Shown here: positions 27,327-36,385 of the stretch, piece by piece
Position numbering within the stretch: position 1 is the first letter of the stretch
Layout: each line of letters begins with the position of its first letter
Made by a program: the position numbers and the translations under genes
The notes under the pieces: generated by a model
Databases searched by the model: none
What the model was told of the DNA's origin: nothing
The model's input: the letters and a program-made list of their open reading frames with translations, nothing else
From: Thermotogota bacterium
GTDB lineage: Bacteria > Thermotogota > Thermotogae > Petrotogales > Petrotogaceae
Direction of reading: 5' to 3'
Length of the DNA: 45,423 nucleotides
NCBI GenBank assembly: GCA_051748045.1
Contig: JBNJGY010000011.1
Coordinates: forward strand, 1 to 45,423

Positions 27327-28631
27327 ATGAGTTCTAGTTGGGTATACATAAAAGATTTAAAAGACTATCTAGACAAAAAAATAACATTAAAAGGTTGGAT
27401 GTGGAATAAAAGATCTTCTGGTAAAATAGCTTTCCTTCAGATGAGAGATGGTTACGGGTTTGTGCAAGTAATAGCTGAAAAATCTGTCTTAGGAGAAGAA
27501 TTTTTTAAAAGAATTAAAAAATTAAAAAATGAATCAAGTTTAATTATAGAAGGATCAGTAAAAAAAGATGAAAGGTCTCCTATTGGGGTTGAAGTAGTAG
27601 CAGAAAAAATTGAAATTATTCATGAGCCTACTGAAGATTATCCTATTTCAAATAAAGAACACGGTATTGATTTCTTAATGGAAAATAGACATATATGGCT
27701 TAGATCAAGTAAACAATACCATGTTTTAAAAGTAAGAAACCAAATTATAAAGGCAATTAGAGAATTTTATCTAAATAACGATTTTACTTTAGTAGATACC
27801 CCTATATTTACAGGTTCAATTGGAGAAAGTGCTGGAAATACTTTTGAAATTGAATATTTTGACTATGGAAAGGTTTATTTGGCACAAACTGGCCAATTAT
27901 ATTTAGAAGCTGCTTGTCAATCTCTTGGAAAAGTTTTTAATTTAGGGCCAACATTCAGAGCAGAAAAATCAAAAACGAGAAGACATTTAATAGAATTTTG
28001 GATGAATGAGGCAGAAGTTGCTTTTTATGACCATGAAGATAATATAAAACTACAACAAGATTTAGTTAATTATATAGTTAAATCAGTTTTGGAAAATTCA
28101 AAATCAGATTTAGAAGCTTTGGGTAGAGATATATCAAAGTTAGAAAAGGTAACTGGAGAATTCCCAAGAATGACTTATACACAAGGAATAGAAGAATTGA
28201 AAAAACAAGGTTATGAAATTGAATGGGGATCAGATTTAGGCGCAGAGCATGAAACAGTTTTATCATCAAAATACGAAAAACCTCTAATTATAGAAAAATA
28301 CCCAAAAAGAGCTAAAGCTTTTTATATGCAACCTGATCCAGAAAACCCTGAAGTTGTTCTTTGCGATGATATGTTAGCTCCAGAAGGATATGGTGAAATT
28401 GTAGGGGCTTCAGAAAGAATATGGCAAGAAGAAGTACTAAGTGAAAGATTAAGAGAGGAAAATTTACCTCTCGATGAATACCAATGGTATTTTGATTTAA
28501 GAAGATTTGGTAGTGTTCCTCATAGTGGATTTGGATTAGGCATAGAAAGAACAGTTGCTTGGATATGTGGTTTAGAACATATTAGAGAAACAATTCCATT
28601 TCCTAGAACATTATATAGAGTTTATCCTTAA
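27327..28631 (+). CDS. asnS: Asparagine--tRNA ligase
   Basis: OB-fold, LAQTGQLYLE, FRAEKSKTRRHLIEFW and PHSGFGLGIER. Confidence 0.95.
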   Translation: MSSSWVYIKDLKDYLDKKITLKGWMWNKRSSGKIAFLQMRDGYGFVQVIAEKSVLGEEFFKRIKKLKNESSLIIEGSVKKDERSPIGVEVVAEKIEIIHEPTEDYPISNKEHGIDFLMENRHIWLRSSKQYHVLKVRNQIIKAIREFYLNNDFTLVDTPIFTGSIGESAGNTFEIEYFDYGKVYLAQTGQLYLEAACQSLGKVFNLGPTFRAEKSKTRRHLIEFWMNEAEVAFYDHEDNIKLQQDLVNYIVKSVLENSKSDLEALGRDISKLEKVTGEFPRMTYTQGIEELKKQGYEIEWGSDLGAEHETVLSSKYEKPLIIEKYPKRAKAFYMQPDPENPEVVLCDDMLAPEGYGEIVGASERIWQEEVLSERLREENLPLDEYQWYFDLRRFGSVPHSGFGLGIERTVAWICGLEHIRETIPFPRTLYRVYP

Positions 28632-28648
28632 CTTTGGAGTGATTTTTT

Positions 28649-29686
28649 ATGGAATTTGAAGATAAAGGGCTTTTAAACCCATTAGATAAACAGGACGAGG
28701 TTAATATTGTTAACCTTCGTCCTAAGTTTTTAAAAGAATATATAGGTCAAGCAACTATCAAGAAAAAGCTTAATGTAGCTATTGATGCAGCAAAATTAAG
28801 AAAAGAACATCTAGACCATACTGTATTAGCTGGCCCACCTGGACTAGGTAAGACAACTATGGCTAATGTTATCGCCAATGAAATGGGTGCCAATATACAA
28901 ATTACAAGTGGCCCTGTTTTAGAAAGAGCTGGAGATTTAGCTGCGATATTAACCAACCTTGCTTCTGGTGATATTTTGTTTATCGATGAAATTCATAGAT
29001 TAAATAGATCTGTGGAAGAAATATTATACTCTGCTATGGAAGATTTCCAGCTTGATATCATGATAGGTAAAGGACCTTCTGCTAGATCTATACGGGTTGA
29101 TTTACAACCTTTTACTTTAATAGGTGCAACAACTAGATTAGGATTACTTGCTTCTCCTTTAAGAAGTAGATTTGGTTTAATATTAGAAATGAATTTTTAT
29201 CCTGCTGAAGATTTAAAAGAAATAATAGTAAGATCGGCAGATTTATTAGATATTAAAATTAATGAAGATGCAGCATTATTATTAGCAAATCGGTCTAGAG
29301 GAACTCCAAGAATAGCTAATAGATTACTTAAAAGAGTAAGAGATTTTGTTCAAGTTAAAGAAAAAGATACTGTAGATATTGAACAAGTTGAAGAAACTAT
29401 GAGTCTCTACGAAATCGATCACTTTGGTTTAGATGAAATGGATAGAAAAATACTGAAAACTGTTATTATAAACTATAAAGGTGGTCCTGTTGGAATTAAC
29501 GCTCTGGGTAGCTCTTTAGGAATAGAAAGTAATACCATCAGTGAAGTTTATGAACCATATTTACTACAAAATGGCTTTTTAATAAGAACTCATAGAGGAA
29601 GGCTTGCAACAGACAAAGCTTATAAACATTTAAATCTATCTCAAAATTCAAATGATTTTAATTTATGGGGTGGTTCAAATGGATAA
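28649..29686 (+). CDS. ruvB: Holliday junction helicase RuvB
   Basis: [34 protein letters not shown] and VYEPYL. Confidence 0.97.
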   Translation: MEFEDKGLLNPLDKQDEVNIVNLRPKFLKEYIGQATIKKKLNVAIDAAKLRKEHLDHTVLAGPPGLGKTTMANVIANEMGANIQITSGPVLERAGDLAAILTNLASGDILFIDEIHRLNRSVEEILYSAMEDFQLDIMIGKGPSARSIRVDLQPFTLIGATTRLGLLASPLRSRFGLILEMNFYPAEDLKEIIVRSADLLDIKINEDAALLLANRSRGTPRIANRLLKRVRDFVQVKEKDTVDIEQVEETMSLYEIDHFGLDEMDRKILKTVIINYKGGPVGINALGSSLGIESNTISEVYEPYLLQNGFLIRTHRGRLATDKAYKHLNLSQNSNDFNLWGGSNG

Positions 29687-30335
29687 CATTAAGAATAATT
29701 TGATAAAAATTAATAAAGAATTAAAAGATAAAGCTAAATTAGTGGCTGTATCAAAATTTTTTCCTGCTGAGGATATTATTAAAGCTTTTGAAGCAGGTCA
29801 AAAGATTTTTGGAGAAAGTAAAGCACAAGAACTAAGAGATAAATATGAAGTCTTAAAAGATAAAACTATTGAATGGCATTTTATTGGATCTATTCAAACA
29901 AATAAAATTAAATATATTGTCCCTATTTGCAGTTTAATACATTCTGTTCATAGAATAAAAGAAATTAAAGAAATCGATAAAAGAGCTAAAGAACAAAATA
30001 AAATTCAAAAAATATTAATTGAAGTTAATACTAGTGGTGAAGAATCTAAATCTGGAATATCACCTGACAATGTTGAAAATATTTTAGATAATTCAAAAAA
30101 ATATGATAATGTTAAAATAATAGGTCTAATGACAATGGCTCCTTTAACAGAAAATGAAAAAGTTATTAGAGATACTTTTAGCAAATTAAGAAAACTCAAA
30201 AATAATTTGAGCGATAAATATAAAGACTTAACTGAATTATCTATGGGTATGTCAAATGATTATAAAATAGCTTTAGAAGAAGGTGCATCTTTAGTTAGAG
30301 TTGGTTCAAAAATTTTCGGAAAGAGAAATTATTAG
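29679..30335 (+). CDS. yggS: YggS family PLP-binding protein
   Basis: [25 protein letters not shown] and VRVGS; start likely 29679. Confidence 0.94.
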   Translation: MDNIKNNLIKINKELKDKAKLVAVSKFFPAEDIIKAFEAGQKIFGESKAQELRDKYEVLKDKTIEWHFIGSIQTNKIKYIVPICSLIHSVHRIKEIKEIDKRAKEQNKIQKILIEVNTSGEESKSGISPDNVENILDNSKKYDNVKIIGLMTMAPLTENEKVIRDTFSKLRKLKNNLSDKYKDLTELSMGMSNDYKIALEEGASLVRVGSKIFGKRNY

Positions 30336-30346
30336 GAAGTGATAAA

Positions 30347-30643
30347 ATGTTTGCATTAGGAAATCTATTAGAGGCAATTTCTTATATAATGAGAATAGCC
30401 CTAAATTTTTTACAAATAAGTATAATAATATCTGTAATATTGAGCTTTTTAATACCTTATTACAATAAAATAAGAGCTTTTTTTGATGGTATAGCTAATT
30501 TAATATTGAACCCAATAAGAAAATATATTCCTGTTCAAGCTGGGCCTTTTGATCTTTCCCCATTAATAGGAATTTTAATACTTATATTTATTGATAGATT
30601 TTTAGTTCAGACTTTATTTGACATTGCTTCAAGATTGGGATGA
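30347..30643 (+). CDS. yggT: YggT family membrane protein
   Basis: ILNPIRKYIP...GPFDLSPLI motif; follows yggS. Confidence 0.88.
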   Translation: MFALGNLLEAISYIMRIALNFLQISIIISVILSFLIPYYNKIRAFFDGIANLILNPIRKYIPVQAGPFDLSPLIGILILIFIDRFLVQTLFDIASRLG

Positions 30644-30647
30644 TAAA

Positions 30648-31472
30648 ATGAAAATTATACTATTCTTTAATCCTTTCAAAATTGATATAGAAAGGATTAA
30701 AAAAACAATTTACCCTATTTTTAAAAAGTATAATATACAAATATTAAAAATATTATCAGCAGGTTCAGGGATAAAAGAAAATATCGCTGAAGATGCTGAT
30801 TATTATGTTGTGTTGGGGGGAGATGGTACTGTATTAAGAATCGCTGAAATGGCTGCTATGAATCAAAAACCTATAATTGGTATTAATTTAGGTAATCTAG
30901 GTTTTTTAAATGCTTTTTCTCAAGATCAAGTCGAGAAAGCCGCAAGAGATATAGTTAATAAAAAATTAAGATTTTCTGATAGACTTGCTATCAACTGTTC
31001 AATAAGTGGGAAAAAATATACAGCTTTAAATGATATTGTTGTACAAAAAAGCCAACCTTTGGGAACAATTGATCTTGAAGTTAAAATAGAAAATCATACT
31101 GTATATTCATTTTTAGGTGATGGAGTGATAGTATCTTCACCTACAGGTTCTACAGGTTATTCATTATCAGCTGGTGGACCTATAATACATCCTTCACTTG
31201 AAGTTATAGAATTAATACCATTGGCTCCTCACGCCTTGAACATTAGGCCCATAATAGTCCCTACTCAAAAAAACATTAACATTAATATAAGAACTATTGC
31301 TTCTGGTTTTGCTTATGTTACTGGCGATGGTGACATTATACATAGGTTAGAATCTGGTATGTCTCTAACAATTAATGGAGCAGATAAGAAAATTAAGTTA
31401 GCAGAACAATGCGATGATGATTATTTTACTCTTTTAAATTCAAAACTCGCGTTTGGTAGGAGGTTTGAATAA
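30648..31472 (+). CDS. nadK: NAD(+) kinase
   Basis: GGDGT, GINLGNLGFL, LND and SPTGSTGYSLSAGGP; start likely 30648. Confidence 0.94.
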   Translation: MKIILFFNPFKIDIERIKKTIYPIFKKYNIQILKILSAGSGIKENIAEDADYYVVLGGDGTVLRIAEMAAMNQKPIIGINLGNLGFLNAFSQDQVEKAARDIVNKKLRFSDRLAINCSISGKKYTALNDIVVQKSQPLGTIDLEVKIENHTVYSFLGDGVIVSSPTGSTGYSLSAGGPIIHPSLEVIELIPLAPHALNIRPIIVPTQKNININIRTIASGFAYVTGDGDIIHRLESGMSLTINGADKKIKLAEQCDDDYFTLLNSKLAFGRRFE

Positions 31473-31475
31473 TAT

Positions 31476-32228
31476 ATGAATTATAAAATTTCAAATGATA
31501 TTAGTAACTTTAAAAAAGAAAATTTAAAAATCTATCTCAATAATGTTCTTAAAATGGGAAGAATCGTTCAAGGTATGTTTTATAAATTCAAAGACGCTTA
31601 TTTTGAAAAAAACAAAAAACTTTGTAATGAAATCATTGAACAAGATGATAGACTTGATTTTCTAGAAACCAAATTAGAATATGATGGTTTATCTATGTTA
31701 GGGTCAGAGAACTTTACAGGTATATATCTGAAAGCAACTCTTTTGGGAATTAAAATGGGTTATATCTTTGAAAATATGGGTGATTTATGTGAAGAAAATG
31801 CTAAGTTAAACCTAGAAATTCTAAAATTGCCCCAGATAGTGAATATGTTAAGTTTTGAAGATATTTTTTCTCAAAGTCAAAAAATGCTATCTTTATCTTT
31901 AAAAACATTGTCAAACTTTGTAAATTTAGATATCCAAAAATTAACTGAACAAGATTCTCAAACAAACTTTTTTCTTCCAGCAAAAGAAATTTGTTTTTTA
32001 GATCAAGATGTAAATTCATTATTGACTGCTTTCAAAAAAAACTTATATAGATCAAAAGAATCCATAAAAACTATTAATTTACATCTCAACGTTTTATCTA
32101 ATATTGAACAATTTTCAGACTTTTCAACAAATATTTCAGAAAATGTTTTATGGGCATTAAGTGGAACAAAATATAAATGCAGAGGGACTAATTTAGAATA
32201 TTTTTATTCTTATGAGGATGAAATATGA
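31476..32228 (+). CDS. phoU: PhoU-domain protein (divergent)
   Basis: Two PhoU-like repeats: IIEQDDRLD/ENMGDLCEENA and DQDVN/EQFSDFSTNISE. Confidence 0.75.
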   Translation: MNYKISNDISNFKKENLKIYLNNVLKMGRIVQGMFYKFKDAYFEKNKKLCNEIIEQDDRLDFLETKLEYDGLSMLGSENFTGIYLKATLLGIKMGYIFENMGDLCEENAKLNLEILKLPQIVNMLSFEDIFSQSQKMLSLSLKTLSNFVNLDIQKLTEQDSQTNFFLPAKEICFLDQDVNSLLTAFKKNLYRSKESIKTINLHLNVLSNIEQFSDFSTNISENVLWALSGTKYKCRGTNLEYFYSYEDEI

Positions 32229-35200
32229 AGTTATTAATAAAATATATAACAAAAGAATTCATACCTCCATTCTTAATGGGTCTTTTTGGTTTCGTTGTTT
32301 TTGTTAGTGTTCAATTATTATATGAATTGTCTGAAATCATAGTTAAAAATAATGTTGGATTTGATAAATTATTACTATTATTATGGTATAACCTACCATA
32401 CTTTGTTTCATTGGGAATTCCGGTTGGAGTTCTTTTTTCTATTTTTTGGGTAATATCAAGATTTACAAATGATAACGAGCTTATAGCAATGCAGACTTTA
32501 GGAGTACCTACAAGAAAGATAGTTATTCCTTTCCTTATTATTTCTTGTATTTTATCAATATTTACATTTTACTTATTTGATAGCTTAGTTCCTAATTCCA
32601 ATTATAATGCTAAGCAGGCTATGGCTAAACATATTTACGAAAGGCCAGAAGCTGCAATAGAAGATAATGAATTCGTAGATTTGGGAGAAGACAGATATCT
32701 TTTTGTTAAAGAATTAGATAGAAATACAGGTATTTTATATGAATTGCTTCTTTATGAAGTAAGCTATGATAATGTAAAAGTATTTCATGCAGAAAAAGCA
32801 CAAAAATATCCTGATGGATGGAAAATGGAAAATGGCAGAATATACAAAATGAAAGATAATGGATTTTTAGAACTTGATGTTTCTTTTGATTCTTTAGATC
32901 TTAATATAACTGCTGATGTAGAAGAATTCATTAATTTTTCTAAAGGCGCGAATGAAATGACAACAAGAGAATTAAAAGAAAAAATCGTTACTTTTTCAAG
33001 ATTAGGATCAAATGTATCAGGACTATTAGTTTCATATCATAACAAATTTTCAAATTCTCTTGCTCCACTAGTAATAGCTGTTTTAGGAATATCTCTCTCA
33101 TTGTTTTTGAATATAAAAAGTAAATCATGGAGTGTTATAACTACTTTTGTATTAGTTGTTTTTTACCAAGGAAGTGGTGCGTGGATTACTGCCTTAGGAA
33201 AAGAAGATATTATTAATCCAGTTTTTGCTGCGTGGTTACCTAACATAATATTTGGAACGATAGGTATTTTATTATTTTTATTATTAGACACCAAGCTTTC
33301 ATACAAACTAACAGAACCACTTAAAAAGTTTTTTTCAATAGGACTCATAATTTTTATTTTATCTATTGGTTCAACTTCATTCGCAGAAAAAGTTAATATA
33401 AAAGCAGATGACTTTAAAATAAATAATAACACCATTACTATCGATTCAACTTTGACGATTTTCTATCAAGACACTAAAGTTGATGCTGGAAAAGGAAACA
33501 TTAAACTTAGAGATGATAATACAGTTAAGTTTGCTGAATTAACTGATGGAGTTAAATATTCATATGAAGATAATACTATAGAAGCTTCACAAATGACTAT
33601 AAATTACGAAACTGACACTGCTTTATTTATTAATTCTTATACAGTACAAAAATATAAAGATAATGATAAAGTTTCTGTAAGAATTTGGTCTGATGAAACT
33701 GAAAAACCTTTAAACGATGACATAATTTTTTCAAATCGTATAAAAATGACAACCTGTAAAGAATGTATAACTTATTACATGAGTGCAAGAAAAGTCACTG
33801 TTTTCCCAAAAAAATTCTTAATTGCTCGAGACGTAGTTTTAGATTTTTTTGGAATACCTGTGTTTTATTTTCCATTTTATTTTCAAAGTCTTTCTGAAGA
33901 TGAAGATGAACCTTTGAAACTAGTATTAAAATATGAAGATGATAAAATAAATGTTGAAATAGGAATTAATTATACTTTTGAAAATGATACAATGCTTAAG
34001 TTTAACCATTCGATAGAGAATGATCTAGACAAAAAGATTTTTGATCAGAGATCTACATTTAAATATGGATTCCCCTTTTATGAAGGTGATTTTTTTATAT
34101 TTTCTAATCTGAATAATGAAAATTTAACTTCTATGGGGTTAGAATATCAATTTGATTTTAAAGGAAACATAAAATCAACATTTTCTCCTAATAATAGTCT
34201 ACAGAATATTAAATTAGATATTCCAAAATTAGAAACGCAATATGGCACTCTAGAAGATATTAGATCTAATATAAAATGGAAAAATAGGTTGATTGATTTT
34301 ATAGAGTTTTATAATATTTCAACAGAAGCTTTTCAACAGAAATATAAAAGATCTATCATATCAATTTCTGACTTAAACTTTAATGCTAAATCAGCAGATT
34401 CTTCCAACCTAGAAGAAAGCTTAGACGATGCATGGAAAAATAGAATTTCTGATACTGACTTAGACGGAAAATATAATTTATATTCTAAAGGAAGTTCTTT
34501 ATCGGGAAAATTTTATTACAATAAAACTAAAGAAGCAACAGAAGTAACTTTAGATAATTTTTCATCTAACAATAAATTTAATTATAAACTAGATACTTTT
34601 AATACTAATATTAATGACCTAAATCTAAATAGCTATATAAATTTCACAAGTAATTTCAACCATGAAAAAGATTTTATTGAGAGAAATGCTGATTTTTATG
34701 GTAAAACACTTTTTGACATAAATATAAAACCTCAACTAGACTTTAAATATAATATATTTAAATCTGGAACATATTTGAATTTTAGAAAAGTCTTAGAAAA
34801 TAATTTGACACCATCTGCTACTAATCAAATTAACTATGGTGATTTTATTGGCTATGATGTAAATTTATTACAAGGTAGTTTTAAAAACTCTGTTTTATTT
34901 GAAAGAGAATTTATTTATGAAAATGAAAAATTAAATGATCCTTTTTTTGATAGATTTGATTTAGATGAATTGAATTTATCAACAAAATCAGAATTAAACT
35001 TTTTAGGTACTAGAAATAGATTAAAGACTGATACTAGTTTTAACGTAGAAGATGATGAAAATATTAAATTAGAAAAAAGTGATGTAGAACTATCTAATTC
35101 TATTTTTTTTCTAAACCATAAAACCAAATTCGAAATTAATCATCAAGAAGATCCAGAAATCGAATTTTTAAAAAACACTGAAACAATAAGATTCAACAGA

Positions 35201-35722
35201 AACAGAATAAAAATAGAATATGATTATTATTTAGAAAAAGAAACATTAAAAGAAAAAATTCCTGAAATTGAATCTAATTATACATTTTATATTAACGAAA
35301 ATAAATTGAATGGTTCTCTACTAATAGATGATAAATACAATCATTATAAAACAGAAAATAAATTTATACAAAAAGATTCTGAATTCTTTTTAGAATGGGA
35401 TTTAGAATATTTCATGGATGATAATAAAGTTTTAACATCTATTGAAATAGAAAATTCAGATGAAAGTGAATTTGGTAAATTTGGATTAAAATTTTATAAT
35501 AACACAGATGAAATATTTTTTGATATTTTTGAAATACAGAAGAAAATTATTTGTTGGACACTTAATTTCAAAGCATATAGCCCTGAAAATGTTGACGACC
35601 CAGCATTATCAATTCTTCCAAATTTAAAAATCGCTGGTTTTTCATTTAAATTTTTTATTAATTATATTCCAGATAAAAATATCATATATGACGATGAAGG
35701 ATTCGAGTTCGGATTAATGTAA
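32225..35722 (+). CDS. LptF/LptG (YjgP/YjgQ) permease fused to an OstA/LptD-like beta-rich domain
   Basis: aa 1-360: six-TM YjgP/Q layout (NELIAMQTLGV, AAWLPNIIF). From aa 388: VNIKADD jellyroll-like region, LptD-like TTC...ARDVVLDFFGIPVFYFPF, then amphipathic beta strands. Confidence 0.85.
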   Translation: MKLLIKYITKEFIPPFLMGLFGFVVFVSVQLLYELSEIIVKNNVGFDKLLLLLWYNLPYFVSLGIPVGVLFSIFWVISRFTNDNELIAMQTLGVPTRKIVIPFLIISCILSIFTFYLFDSLVPNSNYNAKQAMAKHIYERPEAAIEDNEFVDLGEDRYLFVKELDRNTGILYELLLYEVSYDNVKVFHAEKAQKYPDGWKMENGRIYKMKDNGFLELDVSFDSLDLNITADVEEFINFSKGANEMTTRELKEKIVTFSRLGSNVSGLLVSYHNKFSNSLAPLVIAVLGISLSLFLNIKSKSWSVITTFVLVVFYQGSGAWITALGKEDIINPVFAAWLPNIIFGTIGILLFLLLDTKLSYKLTEPLKKFFSIGLIIFILSIGSTSFAEKVNIKADDFKINNNTITIDSTLTIFYQDTKVDAGKGNIKLRDDNTVKFAELTDGVKYSYEDNTIEASQMTINYETDTALFINSYTVQKYKDNDKVSVRIWSDETEKPLNDDIIFSNRIKMTTCKECITYYMSARKVTVFPKKFLIARDVVLDFFGIPVFYFPFYFQSLSEDEDEPLKLVLKYEDDKINVEIGINYTFENDTMLKFNHSIENDLDKKIFDQRSTFKYGFPFYEGDFFIFSNLNNENLTSMGLEYQFDFKGNIKSTFSPNNSLQNIKLDIPKLETQYGTLEDIRSNIKWKNRLIDFIEFYNISTEAFQQKYKRSIISISDLNFNAKSADSSNLEESLDDAWKNRISDTDLDGKYNLYSKGSSLSGKFYYNKTKEATEVTLDNFSSNNKFNYKLDTFNTNINDLNLNSYINFTSNFNHEKDFIERNADFYGKTLFDINIKPQLDFKYNIFKSGTYLNFRKVLENNLTPSATNQINYGDFIGYDVNLLQGSFKNSVLFEREFIYENEKLNDPFFDRFDLDELNLSTKSELNFLGTRNRLKTDTSFNVEDDENIKLEKSDVELSNSIFFLNHKTKFEINHQEDPEIEFLKNTETIRFNRNRIKIEYDYYLEKETLKEKIPEIESNYTFYINENKLNGSLLIDDKYNHYKTENKFIQKDSEFFLEWDLEYFMDDNKVLTSIEIENSDESEFGKFGLKFYNNTDEIFFDIFEIQKKIICWTLNFKAYSPENVDDPALSILPNLKIAGFSFKFFINYIPDKNIIYDDEGFEFGLM

Positions 35723-35736
35723 AGGAGTGAAAAATT

Positions 35737-36384
35737 ATTAATAAACATACTGAATTAAAAAATATTCAAAATGTAATTGAAAAATGCGAGAAATGTTCAT
35801 TACATTTAACTAGAAACAACGCTGTACCTGGTGAAGGGAATGTTGATTCTCCTATTGTTTTTGTTGGTGAAGGTCCAGGAGCAGACGAAGATTCAACAGG
35901 AAGACCCTTTGTTGGAAGGGCAGGTAAATTATTAGATAAAATGCTCAAAGATTGGGCGGGGATAGAAAGAAAAGAAATTTTTATAACAAACATAGTAAAA
36001 TGTAGGCCACCCAAAAATAGGGTTCCAACAGATGAAGAAATGAAATCCTGTATTCAATATCTTGAGTCTCAAATGCTAGTAATCAAACCTAAAGTTATAG
36101 TTACACTCGGAGCAACGTCCATGTCTTATTTTACTGATGAAAAAAAGATCAGCCAATCAAGAGGAAAATTTTATGATTGGTATGGAGATATCAAAACTTT
36201 TGTTACTTTTCATCCCAGTTATCTTCTAAGAAATCATTCTATGGAAAAAGGCTCTCCAAGATGGTACTCTTATATGGACATGAAAGCAATAGGTGTAATG
36301 TATAAAGCTTTAGTAAAAGGAAAAAACATTAATGAAGTGGTTTCTGCTATTAATAATAGGATGAAAGAATCCGGAGGCATTTAA
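35737..36384 (+). CDS. udg: Family-4 (Fe-S) uracil-DNA glycosylase, probable ATT start (35734 or 35737)
   Basis: The frame upstream of the ATG at 35941 encodes CEKC, VPGEG, VFVGEGPG and GRPFVGRAG; downstream are KCRPP and FHPSYLLRN; bounded by an in-frame TGA at 35728-35730. Confidence 0.88.
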   Translation: MNKHTELKNIQNVIEKCEKCSLHLTRNNAVPGEGNVDSPIVFVGEGPGADEDSTGRPFVGRAGKLLDKMLKDWAGIERKEIFITNIVKCRPPKNRVPTDEEMKSCIQYLESQMLVIKPKVIVTLGATSMSYFTDEKKISQSRGKFYDWYGDIKTFVTFHPSYLLRNHSMEKGSPRWYSYMDMKAIGVMYKALVKGKNINEVVSAINNRMKESGGI

Positions 36385-36385
36385 A

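Noticed and set aside
28649-29686. ruvB without adjacent ruvA/ruvC
   Set aside because: Dispersed ruv genes are common and absence cannot be judged from one window.
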